Assembly: GCA_001443005.1 (NCBI GenBank)
Contig: LEKQ01000005.1
Location: 64,809-128,808, forward strand
DNA: 64,000 nucleotides
From: a bacterium GBS-1
GTDB taxonomy: Bacteria > Synergistota > GBS-1
Direction: 5' to 3'
Shown here: positions 8,561 to 17,175 of the stretch, piece by piece
Position numbering within the stretch: the first letter of the stretch is position 1
Layout of the letters: every line of letters starts with the position of its first letter
Made by a program: the position numbers and the translations under genes
The notes under the pieces: model-generated
Told to the model about the DNA's origin: nothing
Databases searched by the model: none
The model's input: only the letters and a program-made list of their open reading frames with translations

Positions 8561-9048
8561 GCCCTCTTTACCCCCCTTAGCTTCTCAAGCTCGTCTAATA
8601 GTCTTATGCCTAACTGTAAAGCCAAAGCTCCCGCACCTATGGGAAGGAAGATGTAGATGAGGTAAAGGGGCGTCCTGAGAAGCGATGGAACCCTCATCCC
8701 CTTAGAGTAAACGAGCCAGGTGGCCTTCCCCCCCTCCCAGAGCAAAAGGGCTGTGAAGGCCATGGCGATAATGATGTTTATTATGTTCGCTATCCTTCTT
8801 TTATCTTCCGATAACCAATCGATAAGTAGGCTAAACTTTATGTGCTTATCAAGCCTTTCAACCTCAGCTATGGCAAGGAAGGTTAGCATTATAAGCATGA
8901 GCTCGGTTAGTTCAGTTGACCAGTAGGGTGGTCTTCTGAATATGTAGCGCATTATAACGGAGTAAAAGACCACCGCCTCAAGGGATGCCATAATAGCCAT
9001 CGCTACGATGAACATGGACCTCGAAACCGCTTCAAGCTTTCTTCTCAT
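8557..9048 (-). CDS. dctQ: TRAP transporter small permease
   Basis: 4 TM segments, VIMRYIFRRPPYWSTEL, HIK motif; overlaps dctM start. Confidence 0.88.
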   Translation of the reverse strand: MRRKLEAVSRSMFIVAMAIMASLEAVVFYSVIMRYIFRRPPYWSTELTELMLIMLTFLAIAEVERLDKHIKFSLLIDWLSEDKRRIANIINIIIAMAFTALLLWEGGKATWLVYSKGMRVPSLLRTPLYLIYIFLPIGAGALALQLGIRLLDELEKLRGVKRA

Positions 9049-9081
9049 TTCCTCACTCTCCCCTTTAGATCTTTTAAGTAT

Positions 9082-9090
9082 ATTATATCA
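9082..9090 (-). promoter_or_regulatory. Extended -10 promoter for dctQMP overlapping the lipB stop codon
   Basis: Minus strand TGA-TATAAT (TGnTATAAT), then SD AAGGGGAG..GAGG before dctQ ATG. Confidence 0.5.
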
Positions 9091-9759
9091 TTTCTCGCTA
9101 TATAGAATTTCATAATTGGGGAATAGGCTCTCAAAGGCTTCTAAGTAGAGCTTTTTTACCTCGCTCATCGGAGGAGAAAAACCCTTGAGGCTCTTAATCG
9201 ATACCATCTCTACTCCACTTAAGCCGCAGGGGGTTATAAGTGAGAAGTGCTTTAAAATGGGGTCTACGTTGAAGGCTGTTCCATGGTAGCTTATCCACTT
9301 TCCTCCCTTTCTCTTGATCCCTATCCCTATGGAGGCTATCTTTCTCCTTTGATCTATCCATATGCCGGGGTATCCTTCCCTTCTCTGAGCTTTTATCCCA
9401 TATCTTTCAAGGACCCTTATTATCGCCTCCTCTAACCTCCATACGTACTCCTTCACGTTGCAGTCCAAGGGGATTATAGGGTATGAGATGAGCTGCCCCG
9501 GTCCATGATAGGTCACATCTCCTCCTCTATCGGTTTCAACCACCTTTATGCCTTCTTTTTTTAGTATCTCTTCGGGTGCGAGGATGTTCTCCCTCTTTGC
9601 CCTCTTACCTAGGGTTAGGACCGGCGTGTGCTCCAAAAGGAGAAGGAAGCCCACTTTCTCCTCGCTCATAACCCTATCAATTAGCTCCCTCTGTAGTTTT
9701 AGACACTCCTCATAATCAACGGGATCTTGGAAGTTAAGCAGAGAAACCTTAACCTTCAT
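9088..9759 (-). CDS. lipB: Octanoyltransferase LipB
   Basis: LLEHTPVLTLGKR, DRGGDVTYHGPGQL, KIASIG, HGTAFN, ITPCG. Confidence 0.93.
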   Translation of the reverse strand: MKVKVSLLNFQDPVDYEECLKLQRELIDRVMSEEKVGFLLLLEHTPVLTLGKRAKRENILAPEEILKKEGIKVVETDRGGDVTYHGPGQLISYPIIPLDCNVKEYVWRLEEAIIRVLERYGIKAQRREGYPGIWIDQRRKIASIGIGIKRKGGKWISYHGTAFNVDPILKHFSLITPCGLSGVEMVSIKSLKGFSPPMSEVKKLYLEAFESLFPNYEILYSEK

Positions 9760-10316
9760 GGCCTTACTATAAGGGGCTTAAGCGAATCAACCTTGGCTAA
9801 GGACTCTATCCTGTAACCCTGAAGCCTATCTCTTCCTCTTTGGAATGTCTTCTCTATGCAGACCCCTATACCTATAACTTCTCCCTTCGCTTCCTCTACC
9901 ATCTCACAAAGGGCCTTAATCGTCTCTCCTGTGGCCAAGAAGTCATCTATTATTAAGACTCTATCACCTCTGGATATGTAGTCTCCGGAGAGGGTAATTG
10001 TGGTTTCCTCAAGCTTCGTTCTCGATGTTATCCTCCTTTCGAGGACCCTTTCCCCCAAGGTTATCGGTTTTCTCTTTCTTGCGAAGAGCATCGGAACATT
10101 TAAGGCGAAAGCCGTGAATAGCGCGGGTGGTATTCCCGAAGCCTCTAAGGTTAAAACCAGACAAACCTTCTCATCTTTAAATAGGAGAGCAAACCTTTCT
10201 CCTATTTTCCTCATCAATATCGGGTCAACCCGGTGATTTAAGAACCCATCTACCCTGAGTATGGTATCTCCTATTATGCGACCCTCAAGCCTTATTCTTT
10301 CTATCAATTCTTCCAT
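9756..10316 (-). CDS. xpt: Xanthine phosphoribosyltransferase
   Basis: LRVDGFLNHRVDP, LTLEASGI, VLIIDDFLATG, IEKTFQRGR. Confidence 0.92.
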   Translation of the reverse strand: MEELIERIRLEGRIIGDTILRVDGFLNHRVDPILMRKIGERFALLFKDEKVCLVLTLEASGIPPALFTAFALNVPMLFARKRKPITLGERVLERRITSRTKLEETTITLSGDYISRGDRVLIIDDFLATGETIKALCEMVEEAKGEVIGIGVCIEKTFQRGRDRLQGYRIESLAKVDSLKPLIVRP

Positions 10317-10376
10317 GATATAAGATTATAACATAAGTTAGCTCTTTCAGCCCTTGATCATGCTGTATAATATCAA

Positions 10377-11672
10377 TTGAGGGGGGATGAAGGTTTGAAT
10401 TTAAGAGAAGACGTCCTTGATGTTATAAGTTTCGCTATCGAGAGGGTTCTTCCTGATAGGGCGGTTAAGGATGCCATCTTGAGGGAAGGATTAGGGAAGC
10501 TTAAGAACGTAGGTTTGGTGGCTATAGGTAAGGCTGCTTGGAGGATGGCTAAGGCCGCTAAGGAAGCTCTGGGTGAGGTACTTAAATGGGGGATCGTTAT
10601 AACCAAGTATAAACATTCCCTCGGAGAGATAGAGGGCGTTGAGATATACGAAGCTGGTCATCCCATACCTGATGAGAACACCCTTTATGCTACTAAAAGG
10701 GTTTTGGAGAAGGTCTCCTCTCTTAAGGAAGGAGATAATCTCCTATTTCTAGTTTCGGGTGGAGGTTCCGCTTTATTCGAGTACCCCCTTGAGGGGATCA
10801 GCCTAGAGGATTTAAAGAGGGTAAATGAGCTTCTTCTTAAGTCTGGTGCTGACATAGTTGAGATGAACACGGTTAGGAAGCACATTTCCGCAGTTAAGGG
10901 GGGTAGGTTCGCTAAGGCCGTTTATCCAGCCTTCATATATTCCCTGATCTTGTCTGATGTTCTCGGAGATCGATTGGACTCCATAGCTTCGGGGCCAGCT
11001 TATCCTGATGAGACGACTTACGCTGATGCCCTTAAGGTCATAGATAAATACGGGCTTAGGGATAAGATGCCCTCTTCGGTTTTAAATATACTCGAGAGGG
11101 GAGTTAGCGGTGAAGTTGATGAAACCCCTAAGAGGCTTGACAACGTTAAAAGCGTGATAATAGGTAGTGTTAGCTTGGCTTGCAGATATGCGATTGAGAG
11201 GGCAAAGTTTTTGGGTTATAATACCCTATTTCTAACTTCGACTTTAAACTGTGAGGCCTCAGAGGCAGGGAGGTTTATCGCGGAGATATTGAAGGAGATC
11301 AAAAGATCCTCCAACCCTATTTCCCCTCCGTGCATGATTGTCCTCGGAGGGGAGACCGTGGTTCACGTTAGGGGAAACGGTAAGGGGGGAAGGTCTCAGG
11401 AGCTCGCATTATCCTCGGCTATATCCCTAAGAGGGGAGAGGGGAGTGGTGGTTGCAGCCGTTGGCACCGATGGGACCGATGGCCCCACCGATGCCGCTGG
11501 AGGCATGGTTGATGGAGAGAGCTTCGAGAGGATGCTACTTAACGGTGTTGATCCTGAAAGGGCCTTGCTTGATAACGACTCTTATAACGCTCTTAAGGCG
11601 AGTGGTGACTTGATAATAACTGGTCCTACAGGAACCAACGTTAACGATATAGTTATAGGTGCCGTCATTTGA
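10377..11672 (+). CDS. Glycerate kinase (MOFRL family, GckA/TtuD); likely start TTG 10395
   Basis: AIGKAA, EAGHPIPD, SGGGSAL, VRKHISAVKGG, GGETVV, GTDGTDGPTDAAG, TGPTGTNVND. Confidence 0.92.
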   Translation: MRGDEGLNLREDVLDVISFAIERVLPDRAVKDAILREGLGKLKNVGLVAIGKAAWRMAKAAKEALGEVLKWGIVITKYKHSLGEIEGVEIYEAGHPIPDENTLYATKRVLEKVSSLKEGDNLLFLVSGGGSALFEYPLEGISLEDLKRVNELLLKSGADIVEMNTVRKHISAVKGGRFAKAVYPAFIYSLILSDVLGDRLDSIASGPAYPDETTYADALKVIDKYGLRDKMPSSVLNILERGVSGEVDETPKRLDNVKSVIIGSVSLACRYAIERAKFLGYNTLFLTSTLNCEASEAGRFIAEILKEIKRSSNPISPPCMIVLGGETVVHVRGNGKGGRSQELALSSAISLRGERGVVVAAVGTDGTDGPTDAAGGMVDGESFERMLLNGVDPERALLDNDSYNALKASGDLIITGPTGTNVNDIVIGAVI

Positions 11673-12699
11673 GAACTGGTTCTCCGTTATAAGTTATGGA
11701 TCTTATTATCTTTTCCGCCAATTCTACTACCCTAGGTGGTAAAGGGGAGTAGGATAGCTCGGAGGCTAGAGCCTGCCCTTCGGTGACCATCCAAAGTAGG
11801 AGTTTCGCAAGCTCCCTTGCCTTCTCAATGCTTCTTTTACCATAGGCCTGTTCCTTATATACTATTATCCAGGTGAGGCTGCTTAAAGGATAACCGTCGG
11901 GGGAGATTGTGTCCGTCAGGTCAGCTATGGTATCCTCTGGGATATCTATATTTGCGGATGCCGTTATTGACTGAACCGATGGCTCTATAAAATTTCCGCT
12001 TTTGTTCTGAATAGAGGCATATGCCATATTATTCTGAACGGCGTAAACGAACTCTATGTAACCTAGGCTGCCGGGGATTTGCTTTATTAGGCCAGCGACA
12101 CCAGGGTTCCCCTTTCCTCCTATGCCTGTAGGCCACTTAAGCGCCTTTCCAATTCCTACCTTGCTTTTCCACTCCTCACTGATCTTGCTCAAGTATTGAC
12201 TTAATATGTAGGTGCTTCCGCTTCCATCAGATCTATGAACTACGGTTATCCTCATGTTAGGAAGTTTAACATCAGGGTTGAGCTTAACCAGCTCAGGATC
12301 ATCCCAGCTCTTTATCTTACCCAGGAAGATATCCGCAAGCACCTTTCCATTTAATTTTATCTTCGGATTTCCCGGAAGGTTGTAAGCTATTACTATGGCT
12401 CCCAGACAGGTGGGGATGTGAAGTATAGGGGAACCGGCTTCCTTTAGCTCTTCCTCGGTTAAAGGTGCATCTGTAGCTCCAAAGTCCACCGTCTTGTTGA
12501 TAAGCTGTCTGATGCCTCCCCCAGACCCTATTGCCTGATAGTTTACCTTTACTCCCGTTTTCTCGTAGTAAGAGGCAAATAGCTTGGAGTAAAGAGGGTA
12601 AGGGAAGGTGGCTCCTGCGCCGATTAACTCACTTTTAGTAGCTTCTGCCTGTGATGCGAAAATGGCTAACGTAAGAAGCATTAGCAAAACCTTTTTCAC
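11665..12699 (-). CDS. pstS: Phosphate ABC transporter substrate-binding protein
   Basis: GAGATFPYPLY, NYQAIGSGGGI, VDFGATD, VHRSDGSGST, GKGNPGVA. Confidence 0.95.
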   Translation of the reverse strand: MKKVLLMLLTLAIFASQAEATKSELIGAGATFPYPLYSKLFASYYEKTGVKVNYQAIGSGGGIRQLINKTVDFGATDAPLTEEELKEAGSPILHIPTCLGAIVIAYNLPGNPKIKLNGKVLADIFLGKIKSWDDPELVKLNPDVKLPNMRITVVHRSDGSGSTYILSQYLSKISEEWKSKVGIGKALKWPTGIGGKGNPGVAGLIKQIPGSLGYIEFVYAVQNNMAYASIQNKSGNFIEPSVQSITASANIDIPEDTIADLTDTISPDGYPLSSLTWIIVYKEQAYGKRSIEKARELAKLLLWMVTEGQALASELSYSPLPPRVVELAEKIIRSITYNGEPVLK

Positions 12700-12708
12700 A
12701 TTTAACCC

Positions 12709-12771
12709 CTCCTTGATTTAATCTTTCTAGCATGCTAATATTAGCATAACTTGATTTCACTTATCAAGGAG
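12709..12771. promoter_or_regulatory. Symmetric bidirectional promoter / palindrome between pstS and chrA
   Basis: Perfect 16-bp palindrome ATGCTAATATTAGCAT (12732-12747) flanked by inverted CTCCTTGAT / ATCAAGGAG. Confidence 0.65.
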
Positions 12772-12777
12772 AGCGAG

Positions 12778-13332
12778 ATGGGCGTGAACGTGAAATCCTC
12801 TCTCTTGGAGATATTCCTTGTCACCTTAAAGATAGGTGGTTTTACTTTCGGTGGAGGGTGGGCTATGGTCCCCTTGATGAGAAACGAGCTCGTCTCGAAA
12901 AGAGGATGGTTGAGCGAAGAGGAGTTTATGGATATAGTCTGTATAGCTCAAGGTTTTCCTGGTCCGATAATGGTTAACCTCTCCGTTATGTGTGGAAATA
13001 GACTTTTAGGTTTAAAGGGGGCTCTGGTTGCCCTTTTGGGTTCAGTGTTGCCATCACTCGTCGTTATACTTCTTATAGCTTCAGCTTTGACGAAGTTTGG
13101 GGAAAGTTCCTACATTAAGAGCTTCTTAAACGGTATGAAACCAGCTCTGTTTTCGGTATTGATCTATGCTATCTATAGGATGAGGAAGACCGTAACCGGG
13201 AGCGGTTTGGCGATCGCTTTAGCCTTGATAGCCTTCCTCTTTGTTTCTCTTCTTAAGGTCAATCCCTTCTTCATCATAGCGATTGCTGCCCTTTCGGGCA
13301 CAGGTTATGGGTTGGTGAAGATGAGAAAATGA
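12778..13332 (+). CDS. chrA: Short-chain chromate transporter (ChrA family), N-type half; start revised to ATG 12778
   Basis: GGFTFGGGWAM, AQGFPGP; SD AAGGAG before ATG 12778. Confidence 0.85.
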   Translation: MGVNVKSSLLEIFLVTLKIGGFTFGGGWAMVPLMRNELVSKRGWLSEEEFMDIVCIAQGFPGPIMVNLSVMCGNRLLGLKGALVALLGSVLPSLVVILLIASALTKFGESSYIKSFLNGMKPALFSVLIYAIYRMRKTVTGSGLAIALALIAFLFVSLLKVNPFFIIAIAALSGTGYGLVKMRK

Positions 13333-13850
13333 ATCTTTTTAAGCTTTTTTTCTCCTTTCTGAGCATAGGTGTTGTGAGCTTCGGTGGGGGTTATAGCATT
13401 CTTAAGGTGATGATGCATGAGCTTATAGATGTGAGGGGTTGGATCTCGTTAGAGGAGTTTCTCGATATATCTGCCATATCCCAGTCTACGCCTGGCCCCA
13501 TAGGTTTAAACGCAGCTACCTTTGTTGGATATAAAGTGGGAGGATTGTGGGGAAGCTTAATAGCTACCTTCTCTGTGGTTTTGGCTCCCTTTCTTCTTTC
13601 CTACTTTGTCGGAAGCTATATATTTAAGCGTAGAAATGAGGGGGTCCTTTCTTACATGCTTATTGGGTTGAGGCCGATTACAGTAGCCTTGATAGCTGGA
13701 GCTGCCTTTACCTTCGCCCCCTTGGTTTTAAAAACCCCGGTTCAGGCTGTTATCGCGATATTATCTTTTCTTCTTCTATTTGTCTTCAAAGTTGATCCGA
13801 TCATCTTGCTTATCTCGTGCGGTCTTTTAGGTCTTCTCTTGAAGCTTTAG
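13329..13850 (+). CDS. chrA: Short-chain chromate transporter (ChrA family), C-type half
   Basis: SFGGGY, SQSTPGPIGLNAATFVGY. Confidence 0.88.
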   Translation: MNLFKLFFSFLSIGVVSFGGGYSILKVMMHELIDVRGWISLEEFLDISAISQSTPGPIGLNAATFVGYKVGGLWGSLIATFSVVLAPFLLSYFVGSYIFKRRNEGVLSYMLIGLRPITVALIAGAAFTFAPLVLKTPVQAVIAILSFLLLFVFKVDPIILLISCGLLGLLLKL

Positions 13851-14571
13851 TTTCTCCGAGATAGCTTCTTACTACCTCTTCCTTCTCAAGGAGCTCTCTT
13901 GAGGAGCCTTCCAAGACTATTCTCCCTGTTTGAAGGACATAACCTCTGTGTGATATATTTAAAGCTTGCTTTGCATTCTGTTCAACCAAGAGTATCGTCA
14001 CTCCCTCTTGGTTTATCCTCTTAAGTTCCTTGAATATCTCCTTGACCAAGAGGGGAGCGAGCCCCAGGGATGGCTCATCTAAGAGGAGTATCTTGGGTCT
14101 GCTCATCAGCCCCCTCGCTATTGAAAGCATCTGCTGTTCCCCGCCGGATAGCGTTCCGGCGTATTGGTTATTCCTCTCTTTCAGTCTTGGAAAGAGAGAA
14201 TAAACCCATTCAAGGTCACTCTTTATGTTCTCCCTATCCTTCCTCGGAAAGGCTCCCATAAGCAGGTTTTCGTATACGGTAAGGTTTGCAAAAACGCGCC
14301 TTCCCTCTGGAACGAGGGATATCCCCAAGCTCACGACCTCATAGGGTATGGGGGGAAGAGGTTTACCTTCAAAGAGGATCTCGCCGCTTTCCCTTTTAAC
14401 CTCTCCCATTATAGCCTTCATGAGGGTGCTCTTTCCTGCGCCATTAGCTCCTATGACGCAGACGATCTCTCCCCTCGTGACTTTTAGGCTTATGCCTAGA
14501 AGCGCTCTTATAGCACCATAGCTTACCTTTAAATCCCTTACCTCCAACATAGGATTATCTTTATCCTTCAA
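13810..14571 (-). CDS. livF: Branched-chain amino acid ABC transporter ATPase
   Basis: GANGAGKS, VPEGRRVF, LSGGEQQML, LLDEPSLGLAP. Confidence 0.93.
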   Translation of the reverse strand: MKDKDNPMLEVRDLKVSYGAIRALLGISLKVTRGEIVCVIGANGAGKSTLMKAIMGEVKRESGEILFEGKPLPPIPYEVVSLGISLVPEGRRVFANLTVYENLLMGAFPRKDRENIKSDLEWVYSLFPRLKERNNQYAGTLSGGEQQMLSIARGLMSRPKILLLDEPSLGLAPLLVKEIFKELKRINQEGVTILLVEQNAKQALNISHRGYVLQTGRIVLEGSSRELLEKEEVVRSYLGETKASREDLKDRTR

Positions 14572-14573
14572 GG

Positions 14574-15350
14574 TTAAACCTCCTCACCGAGATATGCCCT
14601 TAGGACTTCAGGGTGGTTCATTACTTCATTCGGTGTCCCTTCCGCTATCTTCTCACCGAAGTTCATGCATATGACGTGTGGACAGACCCCGACCACCAAA
14701 TCCATGTGATGCTCTATAACCATTGTGGTTAGCTTGAACTCCCTGTGTATATCTACGATCAATTCGCTTAGTTCCGCTACCTCCTCGGGGTTCATCCCCG
14801 CAGCAGGTTCATCAAGCAAAAGCAGCTTGGGCTTAAGAGCCAAGGCTCTGGCTATCTCCAATCTTCTTTGGTGCCCGTAGGGTAGTGTCCCAGCCCTTTG
14901 GAAGGCTCTCTCCTTTAACCCCATCTTTTCAAGGTAATACATGCTCTCATCCTTTATGGCGCTCTCATATCGACGCCACCTTCCCATGTGTAAGCAGGCC
15001 TCTAAGAAGGAGTATCTTAAGTGATTTTGACAGGCAGTCATGACGTTTTCAAGGGCTGTCGCCCGAGGGAATAACCTGAGGTTTTGGAAGGTTCTAGCTA
15101 CCCCCTTTCTTATTATCTCGTAGCTCTTTAAGGGGGTTATCTCCTCACCGTTGAAGATTATCCTTCCCTCATCTACAGGGTAAAGCCCGGTTATCAGGTT
15201 GAAGACCGTGGTCTTTCCCGCTCCGTTGGGGCCTATTAGACCTACGAGCTCCCCTTCATTCACCTTTATTGACAGCTCTTTGACCGCTACGATCCCGCCG
15301 AAGCGCTTGGTCACACCGTTGAGCTCAAGTAGGCCTCCCATGCTCACCAC
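14574..15350 (-). CDS. livG: Branched-chain amino acid ABC transporter ATPase
   Basis: GPNGAGKTT, RTFQNLRLF, LPYGHQRRLEIARAL, DEPAAGMN. Confidence 0.93.
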   Translation of the reverse strand: MVSMGGLLELNGVTKRFGGIVAVKELSIKVNEGELVGLIGPNGAGKTTVFNLITGLYPVDEGRIIFNGEEITPLKSYEIIRKGVARTFQNLRLFPRATALENVMTACQNHLRYSFLEACLHMGRWRRYESAIKDESMYYLEKMGLKERAFQRAGTLPYGHQRRLEIARALALKPKLLLLDEPAAGMNPEEVAELSELIVDIHREFKLTTMVIEHHMDLVVGVCPHVICMNFGEKIAEGTPNEVMNHPEVLRAYLGEEV

Positions 15351-16191
15351 GCCTTCCCATTCCTCTGATTAGCGACAGGATCTCCTTCTCACCCATAAGC
15401 CCCTCTGGTCTAAATATCATCACGAGAACCAAGGCAGCTCCATATATAAGCATTCTATATTGAGATATGGGTCTGAAAAGCTCAATTATGAGGGTTATGA
15501 TGGTTGTGCCTAAGATCGTCCCGCTTAAGGAACCTAATCCTCCGAAGACCACGACCGCTGTAAGCTCCGTCGACTTCTGAAGGTCGAACATCGTTGGTTG
15601 GAGGAAGGTCATGAAACCGGCAAATAGCCCGCCTGCTATTCCGCAGTAAAGAGCGGATATAGATAGGCTTAAGATCCTATATTTTGCGGTATTAAAGCCA
15701 AGGAGAGATGCTGCCAGGTAATCATCTCTGCAGGCTTTGAAGGCCCTTCCATAGTTGCTTTTAATCAGGTTGAAGGTTATCCAGGTTAAGATGATGAAGA
15801 AGGTCAAGGCCACTGGTAGGGTTGTAAAGCTATCTATCCCTGGAAAACCCCTTGCTCCCCTTGTTACGGGCTCCCAGTTCTCTATTATCAATCTCACGGT
15901 TTCTCCAAGTCCTATCGAGGCTATGGCGAAGTAGTCTCCCATTAGCTTCAAGGTTGGTATCCCTATGAGATAGGCTATTGCCATCGCAAGAAGCCCACCT
16001 AATATAACGGAGGGTAGCCAGTGAAGGTTGTGCTTCATCGTCAATATGGCTGTCGTGTAAGCCCCTATAGCCATGTAGGCCGCGTTTCCCAAGGTGAATA
16101 TACCGGTGAATCCGGTGAGCAGGCTGACCCCCATAGCAGCTATGGAGTTTATGCAAGTTAATATTATTATGCCTTCTATATATGTGGGCAA
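15325..16191 (-). CDS. livM: Branched-chain amino acid ABC permease
   Basis: GDYFAIASIGLGE, VVFGGLGS, FRPEGLMG. Confidence 0.9.
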   Translation of the reverse strand: MPTYIEGIIILTCINSIAAMGVSLLTGFTGIFTLGNAAYMAIGAYTTAILTMKHNLHWLPSVILGGLLAMAIAYLIGIPTLKLMGDYFAIASIGLGETVRLIIENWEPVTRGARGFPGIDSFTTLPVALTFFIILTWITFNLIKSNYGRAFKACRDDYLAASLLGFNTAKYRILSLSISALYCGIAGGLFAGFMTFLQPTMFDLQKSTELTAVVVFGGLGSLSGTILGTTIITLIIELFRPISQYRMLIYGAALVLVMIFRPEGLMGEKEILSLIRGMGRRGEHGRPT

Positions 16192-16203
16192 GGTCCTTCC
16201 CCC

Positions 16204-17082
16204 CTAAACCTTCTCGCTTATCGCCTTTCCTAAAAGACCTGTTGGCTTGAAAAGTAGCGTTACTACGAGAGCACCGAAGACCACCACATCCCTCAGCTGG
16301 CTCGATATGAAGCCGGCGGTTAACATCTCGGCCGTTCCAAGGATCAGGGATCCGATTACCGCTCCTCTTAGGGAGCCCAATCCTCCAACGACCGCTGCGA
16401 CGAAAGCCTTTATGGTTATAAAGCCTAGCTGTGGGTAGAGGGTATACCTTACGGATAGGAAGATGCCACTTACTGCTGCAAGAAGCCCAGCCAAAAAGAA
16501 AACCAACGATATGAGCTTGTTCACGTTTACGCCCATCAATCCCGCTACCCTAAGGTCGTAGGCTGCCGCTCTTATGGCGAGCCCCCATCTCGTTCTTTGG
16601 AGGAAGAACTCAAGGCCAGTGAGGAAGGCTATGGTTATCAGGAAGACCAGGATGTCGAAGAAGGAGATGGTGATACTCCCTATCCTTATGGGGTAGGTTG
16701 GTATCACTGGTGGTAGAGCTCTAAACCTTCCACCTGCCATTATCACCCAGAAGTTCTCTATCACTATGCTCATGCCCATGGAGGCTATGAGGAGGTAGAG
16801 CGTTAGGTTGGTCTTCTCTCTTATAGGCTTGTATGCTAACCTTTCGGTTGCTATCGCTGAGAGCCCAGCCCCGATGAGGGAAAGGGCTCCAGCTACCCAG
16901 ATGTTATTATTTGTTAGGGTGAGCATATAATAGCATATATATCCGCCGGTGACTAGAAACCCACCGTGAGCAAAGTTCGAAAAAAGCAGTATAGAATATA
17001 CCAGTGAGTATCCAACCGCTATTAGAGCGTAAACCGAACCCAAGGAAAGACCATTTATAATCTGTTGAATTAAGGATTCCAA
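16204..17082 (-). CDS. livH: Branched-chain amino acid ABC permease
   Basis: NGLSLGSVYALIAVGY, NFAHG, KAFVAAVVGGLGS. Confidence 0.92.
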   Translation of the reverse strand: MESLIQQIINGLSLGSVYALIAVGYSLVYSILLFSNFAHGGFLVTGGYICYYMLTLTNNNIWVAGALSLIGAGLSAIATERLAYKPIREKTNLTLYLLIASMGMSIVIENFWVIMAGGRFRALPPVIPTYPIRIGSITISFFDILVFLITIAFLTGLEFFLQRTRWGLAIRAAAYDLRVAGLMGVNVNKLISLVFFLAGLLAAVSGIFLSVRYTLYPQLGFITIKAFVAAVVGGLGSLRGAVIGSLILGTAEMLTAGFISSQLRDVVVFGALVVTLLFKPTGLLGKAISEKV

Positions 17083-17107
17083 CTTTTAAGGTTTCACCTC
17101 CGATTTT

Positions 17108-17153
17108 AGTAGTTAGAAGGCAGGGTCGTTCCACACCCTGCCTTCTAACTACT
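17108..17153. terminator. Long perfect inverted repeat between livK and livH
   Basis: AGTAGTTAGAAGGCAGGGT-CGTTCCAC-ACCCTGCCTTCTAACTACT (19-bp stem). Confidence 0.7.
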
Positions 17154-17175
17154 TTCTCTTTTTAAGTCTTACCTT

